Shown: in pieces, positions 1 to 10,191 of the stretch
Layout of the letters: each line of letters opens with the position of its first letter
Position numbering within the stretch: position 1 is the stretch's first letter
Assembly (NCBI GenBank): GCA_964516075.1
Contig: CAZEYN010000001.1
Location: 1-57,384, forward strand
DNA: 57,384 nucleotides
Reading direction: 5' to 3'
Source of the DNA: an uncultured Candidatus Saccharibacteria bacterium
GTDB lineage: Bacteria > Patescibacteriota > Saccharimonadia > Saccharimonadales > Saccharimonadaceae
The notes under the pieces: generated by a model
The model's input: the letters and a program-made list of their open reading frames with translations, nothing else
The model's database searches: none
Told to the model about the DNA's origin: nothing
Program-made: the position numbers and the translations under genes

Positions 1-1539
1 CTGCCCCATAAGGAACGGGAAGTTGCGAACATGTTGGTTGGCTTGGAATTCGAAACGTTCTAATAATTCGTCTTTGACGAGGTCCATTTTTTGATCGAGT
101 TCTCTATAAAAACCATCCCAGTCGGCCTCTTTGCGTTCTTTCAAACAAATACCGTGCTTGATACCAATGCGAACTAAATTGACGGTAGTAAATGACAGGT
201 TGCCGCGGCCAGTAGAAATACCGTCGGACTCTGGAAAGACTGAGGCGAGAACGCGTGTACGACAGCCCATCGTGGCGATTTCAGTACGATAGTCGCCTGG
301 CTTGTAATATTTAAGATTATACGGCGCATCAATGAAACAAAAATTTGGGAATAGACGCTTGGCTGAAACCTCCATGGATTTTTTGAATAAGTCGTAGTTC
401 GGGTCTTCAGGATTATAATTAACTCCCTCTTTGACCTTAAAAATAGAAATTGGGAAAATTGGCGTTTCACCTTTACCGAGGCCATTTTCGGTAGCCTCAA
501 GTAGAGACTCGGAAACTAAGCGGCCAGCCGGAGTAGTACAAGTGCCGAAGTTAATTGAAGTAAATGGTACTTGCGCGCCTGCACGCGAATGCATAGTGTT
601 AAGATTATGGACAAAACCCTCCATAGCTTGTAAAGTTTCGCGCTCGACATCAGCGTTGGAAGCTTTAATGACTTCTTTAGGCCATCTAGATTTTTTCAAT
701 TTGTCATCATCGCCGTAGCTAGTATCGTCGGCAACCTCGAGTTTGAGATTTTTCCCGGTAAAATCATTGTATTTTTGGAGATTTTTCTGAAGGGCTTTAC
801 GGAATGATTTATCAACACCTGGCGCCATAGCGTAATCGAAATTAGGAATAGATTGACCACCGTGTTGCTCGTTTTGGTTAGCTTGAAGCAAGATTGCGGC
901 AAGCGCACCATACGAACTAATAGAATTTGGGGTGCGAAGATGACCGTGACCGGTATTAAAACCACCATTTTCAAATAATACAAATGGATCTGATTGGCAG
1001 CAAGTAAGAGTGCCAGTGGCGTAAAAATCGAGGTCGTGAATATGAATGTCACCATTGTCGTGGGCAGCGGCAATTTCTGGCTTCAAAAGCAAAGCTTTAG
1101 TAAAGACCTTGGAGCCTTCGGCACCAAATTGGAGCATTTTGCCCATGGCGGAATCGCCATCAACATTGGCATTAGAACGCTTAATATCGGAATCTTCAGA
1201 GGCATCAGCATGAGAAATAGTGCGGTAAATCATCATGAGGTCGGACTTGGCGTCGCGAACACGCGAGCGCTCTTGGCGATATTTAATATAAGCGCGGGCG
1301 GTTTTCTTGAAGCTGGATGCCATTAAAACTTCTTCGACGATGTCTTGAATCTGTTCAACGTTAGGGGTGCGGACGGTGATTTCCTGCTCGGCGCGTTGCA
1401 AAACCTTTTCCGATAGTGCTTTGGCACGTTCAGCCTTGAATTCATCGGTGGCAAGACCGGCTTTGGCAATGGCCTCGGTGATTTTTTCCGGATCAAACTT
1501 AACAATTTTCCCATCGCGTTTAACGATTCGCTTGAACAT
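1..1539 (-). CDS. nrdD: Anaerobic (class III) ribonucleoside-triphosphate reductase with N-terminal ATP-cone; 3' end runs off the window
   Basis: Absent from the ORF track because there is no stop in the window. Hand translation from ATG 1539 (AGGAGG RBS): MFKRIVKRDGKIVKFDPEKITEAIAKA (ATP-cone) ... HDNGDIHIHDLDFY ... QNEQHGGQS ... HSRAGAQVPFTSINFG ... ETPIFPI ... ATMGCRT ... GRGNLSFTTVNL. Confidence 0.95.
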   Translation of the reverse strand, partial: MFKRIVKRDGKIVKFDPEKITEAIAKAGLATDEFKAERAKALSEKVLQRAEQEITVRTPNVEQIQDIVEEVLMASSFKKTARAYIKYRQERSRVRDAKSDLMMIYRTISHADASEDSDIKRSNANVDGDSAMGKMLQFGAEGSKVFTKALLLKPEIAAAHDNGDIHIHDLDFYATGTLTCCQSDPFVLFENGGFNTGHGHLRTPNSISSYGALAAILLQANQNEQHGGQSIPNFDYAMAPGVDKSFRKALQKNLQKYNDFTGKNLKLEVADDTSYGDDDKLKKSRWPKEVIKASNADVERETLQAMEGFVHNLNTMHSRAGAQVPFTSINFGTCTTPAGRLVSESLLEATENGLGKGETPIFPISIFKVKEGVNYNPEDPNYDLFKKSMEVSAKRLFPNFCFIDAPYNLKYYKPGDYRTEIATMGCRTRVLASVFPESDGISTGRGNLSFTTVNLVRIGIKHGICLKERKEADWDGFYRELDQKMDLVKDELLERFEFQANQHVRNFPFLMGQ

Positions 1540-1574
1540 TTTAATACCTCCTTTTGTTCAAATTTTTATGTATG

Positions 1575-1623
1575 ACGCTATATTTAGTGCTTATACATAA
1601 GTATATACCACTATATATGGATT
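1575..1623. promoter_or_regulatory. Tandem NrdR boxes upstream of nrdD
   Basis: ACGCTATATTTAGTGC (1575-1590) and CCACTATATATGGATT (1608-1623) resemble acaCwAtATaTwGtgt, with starts 33 bp apart; nrdR is in the window. Confidence 0.8.
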
Positions 1624-1692
1624 TGCAATAGTTTTTGACGGAATTTTTTAAAAAAATAAGAGCTTTAAACTCTTATTGCTGTTCTCTTAAAA

Positions 1693-1769
1693 TGGTGGAT
1701 CTTACTGGGCTCGAACCAGTGACCTTACGAATGTGAATCGTACGCTCTAGCCAACTGAGCTAAAGATCC
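1693..1769 (-). tRNA. tRNA-Val(CAC)
   Basis: Cloverleaf GGATCTT...TACGA-TT-CAC-AT-TCGTA...GGTTCGAGCCC...AAGATCC-A-CCA. Confidence 0.95.
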
Positions 1770-1791
1770 ATAAATATGGTATAATTATATC

Positions 1792-2835
1792 ATGGATTTA
1801 CAAAAATTTGAAGATGAACTAAAAGAGCTGGATGATTTCCTGGCGCAACCAGAGGCTTATGCCGATTCTGATTTCGCAGCGAAGGCTAAGCGAGCTGGGG
1901 TTTTGCGCGAAATTTTAGGTTTGAATAAAAAAATTGAACAATTTGAAACAAATTTAAACGAGGCGGAATCTCTGTTAAATGACCCAGAGTTAGGCGAGAT
2001 TGCCAAGGAAGATGTAGTAAACTTAAAAAATGAGCTCAAAGTTTCACGCGAGAAGCTGGAAGAACTTTTGATTCCGCGCGACCCAGAAGACGATAAACCG
2101 GCAATTATAGAAATTCGGGCTGGCGCTGGTGGCGACGAGGCAAGTTTGTTTGCGGGTGAATTATATCGCATGTATCTAAAATATGCCGAAGGACACGATT
2201 TGAAAACTGAGCTGATTAGCAAAAACGAGAACGAAGCTGGTGGCATGAAAGAGATAATTTTTAAGGCGACCGGCGATAATGCTTATGGGCAATTAAAATT
2301 TGAGGGCGGAGTTCATCGCGTGCAGCGCGTGCCGGTGACGGAGTCCCAGGGGCGAATTCATACTTCTACGGCAACGGTGGCGGTTTTGCCAGAGGCTTCA
2401 GAACAAGACCTAGAGATAAAACCAGAAGATTTACGCATCGATATTTACCGCTCCGGTGGGCATGGTGGTCAAGGTGTGAATACTACGGATTCGGCGGTGC
2501 GTATTACGCATTTGCCAACCGGAATTGTAGTGGCGATGCAAGATGAACGTTCACAGCAACAGAACCGCGTGAAGGCGATGAATATTTTGCGTTCGAGGTT
2601 ACTCGAGAAGAAGAAAGAGGAAGATTTGAAAAATGCCTCTGAGGCACGCAAATCTTTGATTGGGACTGGCGATAGAAGCGAAAAGATTCGAACTTATAAC
2701 TTCCCGCAAGACCGAGTGACGGACCACAGAATTCATTATTCGCGTTCGAATATTCCAGCGGTGATGGATGGCGATATCGAGGACATAATCGCGGAGCTTA
2801 TGAAAAATGAACGAGAACTTGCCAAAAGCATATAA
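1792..2835 (+). CDS. prfA: Peptide chain release factor 1
   Basis: GGQ motif, PVT anticodon-mimic motif (RVPVTES), [14 protein letters not shown]. Confidence 0.97.
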   Translation: MDLQKFEDELKELDDFLAQPEAYADSDFAAKAKRAGVLREILGLNKKIEQFETNLNEAESLLNDPELGEIAKEDVVNLKNELKVSREKLEELLIPRDPEDDKPAIIEIRAGAGGDEASLFAGELYRMYLKYAEGHDLKTELISKNENEAGGMKEIIFKATGDNAYGQLKFEGGVHRVQRVPVTESQGRIHTSTATVAVLPEASEQDLEIKPEDLRIDIYRSGGHGGQGVNTTDSAVRITHLPTGIVVAMQDERSQQQNRVKAMNILRSRLLEKKKEEDLKNASEARKSLIGTGDRSEKIRTYNFPQDRVTDHRIHYSRSNIPAVMDGDIEDIIAELMKNERELAKSI

Positions 2836-3484
2836 ACAGGGGTGGCAAGATTTTTATGGGCGAAAGTTTATTGTTGGTCCTAATGTTTTGATTCCCCGCC
2901 CAGAGACGGAATTTATTGTTGATGCGGTTTTGAATTTGGTGGGCAAGGCATATTTGCCCGGCGTGAAGCCCAACGAGGCTCAAATCGATGCTAGAAATTT
3001 GCAAATTTTAGATGTAGGAACTGGGTCTGGGTGTGTTGCGGTGACTCTAAAATTGGAAATTCCGGAAGCCGCAGTGGTGGCGAGTGACATTTCCGATGTG
3101 GCTCTTGAAATAGCCAAAGATAACGCCGCAAAATTAGGCGCAAAAGTAGAATTTATGAAGTCTGACTTAATGAATGAAATTACTTTTACGCCCGATGTAG
3201 TGGTGGCAAATTTGCCATATGTGGATGAAAATTGGGAATGGTTAGATAAAAAAGCTTTATCGCATGAGCCGAGTTTAGCGCTTTACGCTGGCGAACAAGG
3301 TTTGGAATTAACCAATAAATTAATTGAACAAGTGACTGAGCGAGGAGTAAAATATTTGATTTTGGAAGCTGATCCGTGCCAGCATTCGCAAATTACAGAA
3401 TTTGCAGCAAAAAAAGGTCTCGAGCTTGTCGAGACCAGAGGTTTTATTTTGGTTTTTACTTATTCGAATAGCCCTCGAGCGTAA
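2807..3484 (+). CDS. prmC: Release factor glutamine methyltransferase, N-terminally shortened
   Basis: [20 protein letters not shown]-binding motif, NLPY variant of NPPY, directly after prfA. Confidence 0.9.
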   Translation: MNENLPKAYKQGWQDFYGRKFIVGPNVLIPRPETEFIVDAVLNLVGKAYLPGVKPNEAQIDARNLQILDVGTGSGCVAVTLKLEIPEAAVVASDISDVALEIAKDNAAKLGAKVEFMKSDLMNEITFTPDVVVANLPYVDENWEWLDKKALSHEPSLALYAGEQGLELTNKLIEQVTERGVKYLILEADPCQHSQITEFAAKKGLELVETRGFILVFTYSNSPRA

Positions 3485-4637
3485 CATTGACCGCCCTTTC
3501 GGAACCATCACGAATGACGGTGAGTTGGACAGTATCGCCTGGTTTGTATTCGCCGATAAGATTGGACAATGAGCCAGAGGCACCGACTTTGACACCGTTA
3601 ACAGCAGTGACGATATCTTTATCTTTGAGGCCAGCTTTGTCGGCAGGACCGCCGCTAATAATCGCGGAATAAGTGGACGAACTATAGAGATAAGCACCAG
3701 CACTAACTGGTAAATTATAAGCCTTGGCAGCATCTGGGGTGATTTCGGAAGAATAGACGCCAAGATAAGCACGCTCGGCTTTGCCGGTTTCTAGTAGTTG
3801 AGACAACATGCCTTTGACGCTAGAAATTGGAATGGCAAAACCCATATTTTCGGCAGAAGTGCTAGTAGCGGTATTGATGCCGATAACTTCGCCAGCGGCA
3901 TTAACAAGTGGGCCGCCGGAGTTACCAGAGTTAATAGCGGCATCAGTTTGAATCATATCGGTGAGAGTCTCGGTGTTATAGCTGGTGCCATCAGAGGCGG
4001 TGACGGAACGGCCAGTGCCAGAAATGATGCCAGAAGTAACAGTGTTTTGATATTCGCCAAGAGCGTTGCCGATGGCGATGACTTGCTGGCCAACGCTGAT
4101 AGTTTTAGAATCACCGAGCGTAGCGACAGACAAGTTGGACGCATCTTTGACTTTAAGAAAAGCAACATCGTTTAATGGGTCGGTGGCGACAATCTCGACG
4201 TCTTCGTAAGTGGTGCCGGCGTCGGTAATGACAGCAACCGTGCTAGCCCCAGAAATAACGTGTTTATTGGTCAAGATATAACCGTCGCTAGAAACAATAA
4301 TACCGGTGCCAGCGGCGGAAGAATTGGAACTTTGACCAAAGAAATTAGTAGTTTTAACTGAGGTAACTATAGAAACTACACTGCTTGAAACTTTTGCGGC
4401 AACGTCAGCGATAGAACCGTCAGTGAAATTGGTCGAATTACCATCGGTACCACTGCCAGAAAAAGTAATTGGCGTATCTGACTGGTTATAAGCTAGCCAA
4501 CCTAAGCACAACCCAAAGCCGCCAAGTATAATAGCGACAATTGAAATAATTAAAGCTGTTTTTGAGTTGTTAATAGTAGTTCCCTTTTTAGTCTGTGGCT
4601 CTACTGGTATGATTTCTTGGTTTTCTGATTGTGTCAT
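3456..4637 (-). CDS. htrA: HtrA/DegP-family serine protease with TM anchor and PDZ domain
   Basis: LTNKHV, DVAFLK, TDAAINSGNSGGPL catalytic motifs and C-terminal PDZ; start chosen at MTQSE after GGAAGGA. Confidence 0.93.
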   Translation of the reverse strand: MTQSENQEIIPVEPQTKKGTTINNSKTALIISIVAIILGGFGLCLGWLAYNQSDTPITFSGSGTDGNSTNFTDGSIADVAAKVSSSVVSIVTSVKTTNFFGQSSNSSAAGTGIIVSSDGYILTNKHVISGASTVAVITDAGTTYEDVEIVATDPLNDVAFLKVKDASNLSVATLGDSKTISVGQQVIAIGNALGEYQNTVTSGIISGTGRSVTASDGTSYNTETLTDMIQTDAAINSGNSGGPLVNAAGEVIGINTATSTSAENMGFAIPISSVKGMLSQLLETGKAERAYLGVYSSEITPDAAKAYNLPVSAGAYLYSSSTYSAIISGGPADKAGLKDKDIVTAVNGVKVGASGSLSNLIGEYKPGDTVQLTVIRDGSERAVNVTLEGYSNK

Positions 4638-4650
4638 TTTTCCTTCCCTT

Positions 4651-5433
4651 TTAAACATTAAATATTGGATTACTAAAACCTAAAACGATGATGGCAATTA
4701 AAACTACACCGAAAATAACTGGACCTAAAATTTGGCGGAAACGAAAATCTTCTTGATATCTGATCATTGCTTGGCGTGCATAGTTATAAACATAGAGGAA
4801 AATCGTGAGGATGATAGCAAGCTGAGGAATTTTAATGCCAGAGGTGCCAAAAGTATAAATAATGGACCAAGATTGGCAAAGCCAAGTAATTTCGGCAAAT
4901 AACAGCCCGCAAATGAGCGTGGTGAAGACAAAGTCTTTGTCTTCGCTTTGAGATAAGATATGACGACTAGTAGTGTAGCCAATTAAAAATACCAGCAAAA
5001 CGATAACGATAGAGTCGAGACCGGATGTGGCAATAACAGAGGCGGTGATGCCGATAAAAGCGGTGATTAAGGACTGGACCATGGCGGCGGTTTCGGATGA
5101 AAGTGGCTTAATAAAGAGAAGCCAAATCGAGTAAAATGCCATCAGTACAAAGTCGACTGGAAGAAATTCTGGGCCGGCGAAATAAGCCAATAGCACCACG
5201 CTGATACCGACGATTAAATCGGCGAGGTTAGATTTAATATTAAGCGCCCAGTAGCGTGCGCGAACGGCAAAAATGCGCCATTTAGAAACTAAAACTAGAA
5301 TAATGCCCAAGACTGGACTGTTTGATAAAACGGTGACTACGACCGCGCCAACGCCGAGAAGTAGGTTCAAGAAAACATGGACCATACTGCTAGCGATGTT
5401 GCGAGATTTCCTCGCCAAAACATAATCTGCCAT
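4651..5433 (-). CDS. Hypothetical multi-pass membrane protein
   Basis: 260-aa ORF with about 8 hydrophobic helices; TGGTATAAT just upstream of the ATG. Confidence 0.8.
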   Translation of the reverse strand: MADYVLARKSRNIASSMVHVFLNLLLGVGAVVVTVLSNSPVLGIILVLVSKWRIFAVRARYWALNIKSNLADLIVGISVVLLAYFAGPEFLPVDFVLMAFYSIWLLFIKPLSSETAAMVQSLITAFIGITASVIATSGLDSIVIVLLVFLIGYTTSRHILSQSEDKDFVFTTLICGLLFAEITWLCQSWSIIYTFGTSGIKIPQLAIILTIFLYVYNYARQAMIRYQEDFRFRQILGPVIFGVVLIAIIVLGFSNPIFNV

Positions 5434-5494
5434 ATATTTATATTATACCAAAATTTTTAAAGTTGGCTTAAAAAAAGTGGTATAATAGGGATAT

Positions 5495-6166
5495 ATGGAG
5501 CCAAAATTTTTTCAAAAACATCCTTTACTAAAGGATCTACTTAGTTTAATGATTTTTGTGGTGGCGATTGTGCTGGGTACAATGTTTTTGAATACTTATA
5601 TTTATCGTTCTTACAATGTGGTGGGCGAAAGTATGGAAAATACTTTGCATGAAGATGACCGCGTGATTGTGAATCGTGCGGCGGTTTCTTGGGCGCATTT
5701 TATAGGGCAGGAATACGTGCCAGAGCGGGGGCAGATTATTGTTTTTGCCAATGAAGACGAGGAGTTGGTAGCTAAATATAAAGCTGAGGGCGTTGAAAAT
5801 CCAATGACTTGCAATGCGCCTTCGAATGTGACAGATCAATATATTATCAAACGCGTGGTTGCCTTCCCTGGTGAGCGCGTGGTAGTGAAAGATGGTGTGA
5901 TGACAATTTATCCTAGCGCCAATGCAACCGAGGGGACGGTTTACGATACCGAGTGGCGTGTTTCGGAAAATGATGGACCTAAGGAATATACTTCTGGTGA
6001 AGTTGATGTAGTGGTGCCAGAGGGTGAGTTGTTTGTTTCGGGCGATAATCGTGAGGGATCTAAATCTTGGGATTCGCGCAATGGGCTAGGGACTATTCCT
6101 TACTGCCGAATTGTGGGCCCGGTTTCTATGCGGCTTTTCCCCATTGACCAGATGCGGACTTTCTAA
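5495..6166 (+). CDS. lepB: Signal peptidase I
   Basis: N-terminal TM, GESMENTL (Ser), IIKRVV (Lys), GDNR..S.DSR. Confidence 0.93.
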   Translation: MEPKFFQKHPLLKDLLSLMIFVVAIVLGTMFLNTYIYRSYNVVGESMENTLHEDDRVIVNRAAVSWAHFIGQEYVPERGQIIVFANEDEELVAKYKAEGVENPMTCNAPSNVTDQYIIKRVVAFPGERVVVKDGVMTIYPSANATEGTVYDTEWRVSENDGPKEYTSGEVDVVVPEGELFVSGDNREGSKSWDSRNGLGTIPYCRIVGPVSMRLFPIDQMRTF

Positions 6167-6203
6167 TAAGTCTGTCATAAAAAAGACTCAGAAAAACTAA
6201 TCG

Positions 6204-6311
6204 GACTGAACGGGTCCTGCCGGACTTTCTTCCCCCCAAAATTTTGTAAATAAAGATTTTGGCCCCCTAAAAGTCCGTCACCTATTCACCAGAATCTTTA
6301 CGACTCATTTA
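6204..6311 (-). repeat. Dispersed hairpin repeat, subfamily A, copy 1
   Basis: ctgaacgggtcctgccggacttt...aaagtccgtcacctattcac...gactcattta; sits between convergent lepB and parB. Confidence 0.9.
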
Positions 6312-6313
6312 TA

Positions 6314-7153
6314 CTATTTTAATTTCGCGATGAGCTCTTTGAGTTCGGCACCAGTTTTGCAGCGGAAGGTTAGGCTGCGGCCGGCTATTTGGACGTTGGC
6401 TTGGTATTTTTCGGATAATTCGTCTTCGTCTTTCATGTTTTCGTGACGTTTGATGGCTTTGACGCTGGATTTCTTCTTAGTTTGAGCTAAGTAATGCTCA
6501 ACTTTGCGGGCAGTCCAGCCTTCTTCGACGATTTTGGGTAGGATTTTGTCGATGGTTTTTTGGTCGCAGGCTACCAGCGGACGCATGACACCCTCGGTGA
6601 GTTTTTCTTTAACCATGACTTTTTTGGCTTCTTCTGGTAGATTCAAGAGGCGGATGGTTCCCTGGACGGTGTTTTCGGCTTTGCCGACTTTATCGGCGAT
6701 TTCTTTGATGCTCATGTTGAACTGGCTGGCGAGTTTGGCATATGCAGTAGCTAATTCGATAGCGTTCAAATCTTCGCGCTGGGCGTTTTCGATAACGGAA
6801 ATTTCTAGGCGATTTTGACTATCTAGAGTGCGGATAATGGCTGGGATTTTATCTAGTCCGGCTAGTTTAGACGCGCGCCAACGACGTTCGCCGGCGACGA
6901 TTTTGTATTTGCCGTCTTCTTTAGTGACTACGATTGGCTGCAAGACACCGTGCTCTTTGATGGAGGCGGCGAGAGCTTTGATGGCTTCTTCGTCGAATTC
7001 ATGGCGTGGCTGATTTTCGTCGCGCACGACGTCGGTAATTTTGAGCTCTTTGAGCTGACTTTCTTTTTTATCCTCTGTTGCGGTAGGGTCAAATTCCTCG
7101 TCGATGAGCTCGGTTGGGATTAAACTCTCAAAACCTCTTCCTAATCCTGCCAT
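6314..7153 (-). CDS. parB: Chromosome partitioning protein ParB/Spo0J
   Basis: GLGRG N-terminus, GVLQPI, IVAGERRWRA, ENAQREDL. Confidence 0.95.
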   Translation of the reverse strand: MAGLGRGFESLIPTELIDEEFDPTATEDKKESQLKELKITDVVRDENQPRHEFDEEAIKALAASIKEHGVLQPIVVTKEDGKYKIVAGERRWRASKLAGLDKIPAIIRTLDSQNRLEISVIENAQREDLNAIELATAYAKLASQFNMSIKEIADKVGKAENTVQGTIRLLNLPEEAKKVMVKEKLTEGVMRPLVACDQKTIDKILPKIVEEGWTARKVEHYLAQTKKKSSVKAIKRHENMKDEDELSEKYQANVQIAGRSLTFRCKTGAELKELIAKLK

Positions 7154-7926
7154 TATTTTGTCCTTTCTTCTACTTCTTTAGTGAATTCTTTGTAAGCTTT
7201 GGCGCCTTTACTGAATTTGTCGTAAGCGCCGACCGGCACGCCGTGCGATGGAGCCTCGGCCACGCGCACGTTGCGCGGAATGGTGGTTTCGAAGGTAAGC
7301 TTTTTAAAGTATTTTTTGATTTCGGCATAGACTTGAGGTGAGAGGCTGGTGCGCTTGTCGTACATGGTGGCGAGAACGCCGAGTAGTTTGAGATTAGGGT
7401 TGGCTTGCTTCATGACCAATTTCATAGATTCGAGAAGTTGGGCGACGCCTTCAAGCGCGTAGAATTCGGTTTGGACTGGCAAGAGTAAATAATTTGAGGC
7501 AATCATGCCGTTGACGGTGAGGAGCGACAGAGATGGCGGAAGGTCGATAACGACGTAATCGTAATTTTGCGCAACCGAACGGATAGCATCGCGCAGGCGA
7601 GTAAATTTTTTATCCATGCCGGTTAATTCTACTTCGGCGTTGGCGAGCTCTGGAATGGCAGGCGCGAGGTCAAAATTTTTATACTTGGTAGGGCGGATAG
7701 CGGCTTGCATTTCGCTAGTGCCGAGTAGGACCTCGGTCATAGTGATACCGAGCGGAGTTTTGCCGGTTTTTTCAATGCCTAAGCCAGAGGTGGCGTTGCC
7801 CTGAGGGTCGAAATCTACGAGCAGAGTTTTGAATTTATCCTTGGCGAGATAGTAGCACAAATTGACCGCCGTGGTGGTTTTGCCGACGCCGCCTTTCTGA
7901 TTTGTAACACATATTACCTTCGCCAT
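7153..7926 (-). CDS. parA: ParA/Soj ATPase
   Basis: NQKGGVGKTT deviant Walker A, DFDPQGN, IPRNVRVAEAPSHG. Confidence 0.96.
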   Translation of the reverse strand: MAKVICVTNQKGGVGKTTTAVNLCYYLAKDKFKTLLVDFDPQGNATSGLGIEKTGKTPLGITMTEVLLGTSEMQAAIRPTKYKNFDLAPAIPELANAEVELTGMDKKFTRLRDAIRSVAQNYDYVVIDLPPSLSLLTVNGMIASNYLLLPVQTEFYALEGVAQLLESMKLVMKQANPNLKLLGVLATMYDKRTSLSPQVYAEIKKYFKKLTFETTIPRNVRVAEAPSHGVPVGAYDKFSKGAKAYKEFTKEVEERTK

Positions 7927-7995
7927 TATGGTTATAATTATATATTATTTTTGTGGTTATCGCAAGGGTGGGATTTTGGAAATTCTAATATTAGA

Positions 7996-8262
7996 CTATG
8001 CCGTCATAGCTATTGTGGTAATACAAAATATAATAATAAATATCGTCAGGATAGCCCTAATAACAGTAGCGCTTACTAAAGTCAATTTCCATTTATCGCT
8101 ACTCCTCACTACATAATTATCTGTAATTTCCCATCGTTTTACCAATGAAACAATAGATCCTATTATTGGGAAAAATAAGAGTCCTAAAATCGCAGCTGAT
8201 ACCATTTGGCTCATCGTTTTTTCGTAAATTTCCTTATCTCGTTTTGTTCCCCTTTTTACCAT
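7996..8262 (-). CDS. Small hypothetical membrane protein in the AT-rich R-M island
   Basis: 88 aa with two hydrophobic segments, directly downstream of the putative endonuclease. Confidence 0.6.
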   Translation of the reverse strand: MVKRGTKRDKEIYEKTMSQMVSAAILGLLFFPIIGSIVSLVKRWEITDNYVVRSSDKWKLTLVSATVIRAILTIFIIIFCITTIAMTA

Positions 8263-8280
8263 AAAAAACCTTTTTCATTA

Positions 8281-8916
8281 TTAAATATTCTGTAGTTTTT
8301 CGTGAATATCTGGGATTTTATTTAACTCTTCCAAAAAATAATATACATTTGCCTTTTGGTCTTTTTTTCGTTTTTGCAATATATCATCATAATCTATATC
8401 AAGAATTTCACAAAGTTCATATCCGGTCATTGGAACTCCAGCAGGTAAAAGATGTTTTGTCCCTGCCTCTATTTGTTCGTGATTTATAGCATTGAAAGAG
8501 CAATATCGTATTTGTATATTCTCTGGTTTATATTTTTCGTGACGAATCAAATAATCTCTTACCGCAAATAGACTCTGTATTTCTCCGGCAACTTTTTTTG
8601 TGTCGAAAGTGTCGCCATCTTTTATCTCAATTAAGATAATTTTATCTTTTTGCATAATCACGCAATCAACTTGTACGTCTTTCCCATTTTTTACTTCTTT
8701 AAAAATGCGCCTTTCTTTGTTGATTTTTTGAATAGAAACACCGTCTTGGTTTTCTACCTCATCTGCAATAATTTTTTCTAATTCAGTTCCGGCAGAGATT
8801 ACTGCTGATTGTATTTTACTGATTAAAATTCCTAATTCATGGTGTCCAAAAAGTCGCTCATATCCAGACTCTGTTTGATCGTCAGATCTACCCTTAGCAT
8901 TACTAATTAGTACCAT
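8281..8916 (-). CDS. Putative type II restriction endonuclease (PD-(D/E)xK)
   Basis: VD...LIEIKDGD motif; overlaps the 3' end of the MTase; GGGGGTG RBS before MVLIS. Confidence 0.75.
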   Translation of the reverse strand: MVLISNAKGRSDDQTESGYERLFGHHELGILISKIQSAVISAGTELEKIIADEVENQDGVSIQKINKERRIFKEVKNGKDVQVDCVIMQKDKIILIEIKDGDTFDTKKVAGEIQSLFAVRDYLIRHEKYKPENIQIRYCSFNAINHEQIEAGTKHLLPAGVPMTGYELCEILDIDYDDILQKRKKDQKANVYYFLEELNKIPDIHEKLQNI

Positions 8917-9997
8917 TTTCACCCCCTTTATCGTATTCATAACGCAAATCGTTAATACTTTTTAATTCTTGTTTTTTATCTTTAAAATATAGATAATCCC
9001 AACCGTTTGCATTCTTTAAACCTTGATACTTGGCTGATATTTTATGGATGGATAGACAATCGCCAGCTTCATCTTTGACTTTCCCGTCTTTTAATAATAT
9101 ACCGATACATTCATCTTTCTTGTTGTATAATTTCTCCCCAATCGATAAGAACTTTTCTTCTATTAGCTTTTCAATACTAACTTTTGGTGGTTTTATTTCT
9201 AATGACAAATCAGATATTTCATCACATTGCATCTTAACCGCATTAATACGTTTTTGCGCCGCATCGACATATTTTTGCTCGCGCTCTAAACCTATATATT
9301 TTCGATTGATACTTTTAGCTACAGCACCAGTCGTGCCGGTCCCGAAAAATGGATCAAGGACAATATCATTGGGTTTCGTAGACGAAATAATTACATTATA
9401 TAAAAGTCGCTCTGGTTTCTGCGTCGAATGTATCTTTTTTCCATCTTCGCCCTTTAATCGTTCGTTACCGATGCAAATTCCAATATCCCAAATACTTTTT
9501 GCTTGCTTCCCACCATTTAGGAATTTCATTGTTTTATAATTGAATGTGAATTTAGACTTTTGACTTTTTGAACACCATAATAATGTCTCATGTGAATTCT
9601 GAAATCTCGTACCGCCAAAGTTTGGTACCGCATTAGGTTTAGCCCAGACAACATCGTTCAGAATCCAAAAACCTAAATTTTGCATTATGTAACCAATGCG
9701 ATAAATATTTTGAAAAGATCCAATAACCCAAATCGTTCCAGTTGGTTTTAAAACTCTTTTGCATTCGGTAAGCCAAGATATACTAAATTCATCATATTGC
9801 CTGAAAGAATCAAATTTATCCCATGAATCATTTACTCCAGAAAAAGCCTTGCCGTTCGTACGAATCAGTTCTCCTTCGGTTTGCATCCAATAAGGTGGAT
9901 CGGCAAAAATTAAATCTACAGATTCGTTGGGTATTTTTTTAAGATTTTTAATACAGTCGCCAACAATAATGCGATTTGTGAAATCTTCTATGTTCAT
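8903..9997 (-). CDS. Beta-class amino-DNA methyltransferase, M.HinfI/CcrM/M.HpyAIV-like (probably GANTC)
   Basis: DPPY precedes HSTQKP and DPFFGTGTT (beta order), with a CcrM-like C-terminal extension (SIHK...NGW); specificity inferred from remembered family similarity. Confidence 0.88.
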   Translation of the reverse strand: MNIEDFTNRIIVGDCIKNLKKIPNESVDLIFADPPYWMQTEGELIRTNGKAFSGVNDSWDKFDSFRQYDEFSISWLTECKRVLKPTGTIWVIGSFQNIYRIGYIMQNLGFWILNDVVWAKPNAVPNFGGTRFQNSHETLLWCSKSQKSKFTFNYKTMKFLNGGKQAKSIWDIGICIGNERLKGEDGKKIHSTQKPERLLYNVIISSTKPNDIVLDPFFGTGTTGAVAKSINRKYIGLEREQKYVDAAQKRINAVKMQCDEISDLSLEIKPPKVSIEKLIEEKFLSIGEKLYNKKDECIGILLKDGKVKDEAGDCLSIHKISAKYQGLKNANGWDYLYFKDKKQELKSINDLRYEYDKGGENGTN

Positions 9998-10038
9998 TGC
10001 AGAAATCTCTTTCTGCAACACATCGATTATTTGATATT

Positions 10039-10191
10039 AAAAAAGGGACCCCCAGCCCGGTTGCAATACACCAACATTAGCACTTTGAAATGCCAAATTG
10101 GGCCGGTTGAGGATCCCATGTCTACATTTCAAAGGAATGTTGGCGTATTGCCAAAATGTTAATGTTGATGTATTGCTTTTTAATTATAGCA
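10039..10191 (-). ncRNA. Structured leader of the R-M operon with mutually exclusive pairings (c4/CI antisense-like)
   Basis: TGCTATAAT at 10183-10191; segments 10152-10176 and 10125-10151 both complementary to 10063-10092; GC stem 10103-10117 pairs with 10045-10060 and is followed by U6. Confidence 0.6.

Noticed and set aside
174..1600. Short ORF-track entries here, and similar antisense ORFs elsewhere (e.g. 22877-23509, 33933-34304)
   Set aside because: Shadow frames of well-supported genes such as nrdD, ftsA and dnaG
2041..2054. parS site (gtttcacgcgagaa)
   Set aside because: Several mismatches to TGTTTCACGTGAAACA and located in coding sequence; not supportable
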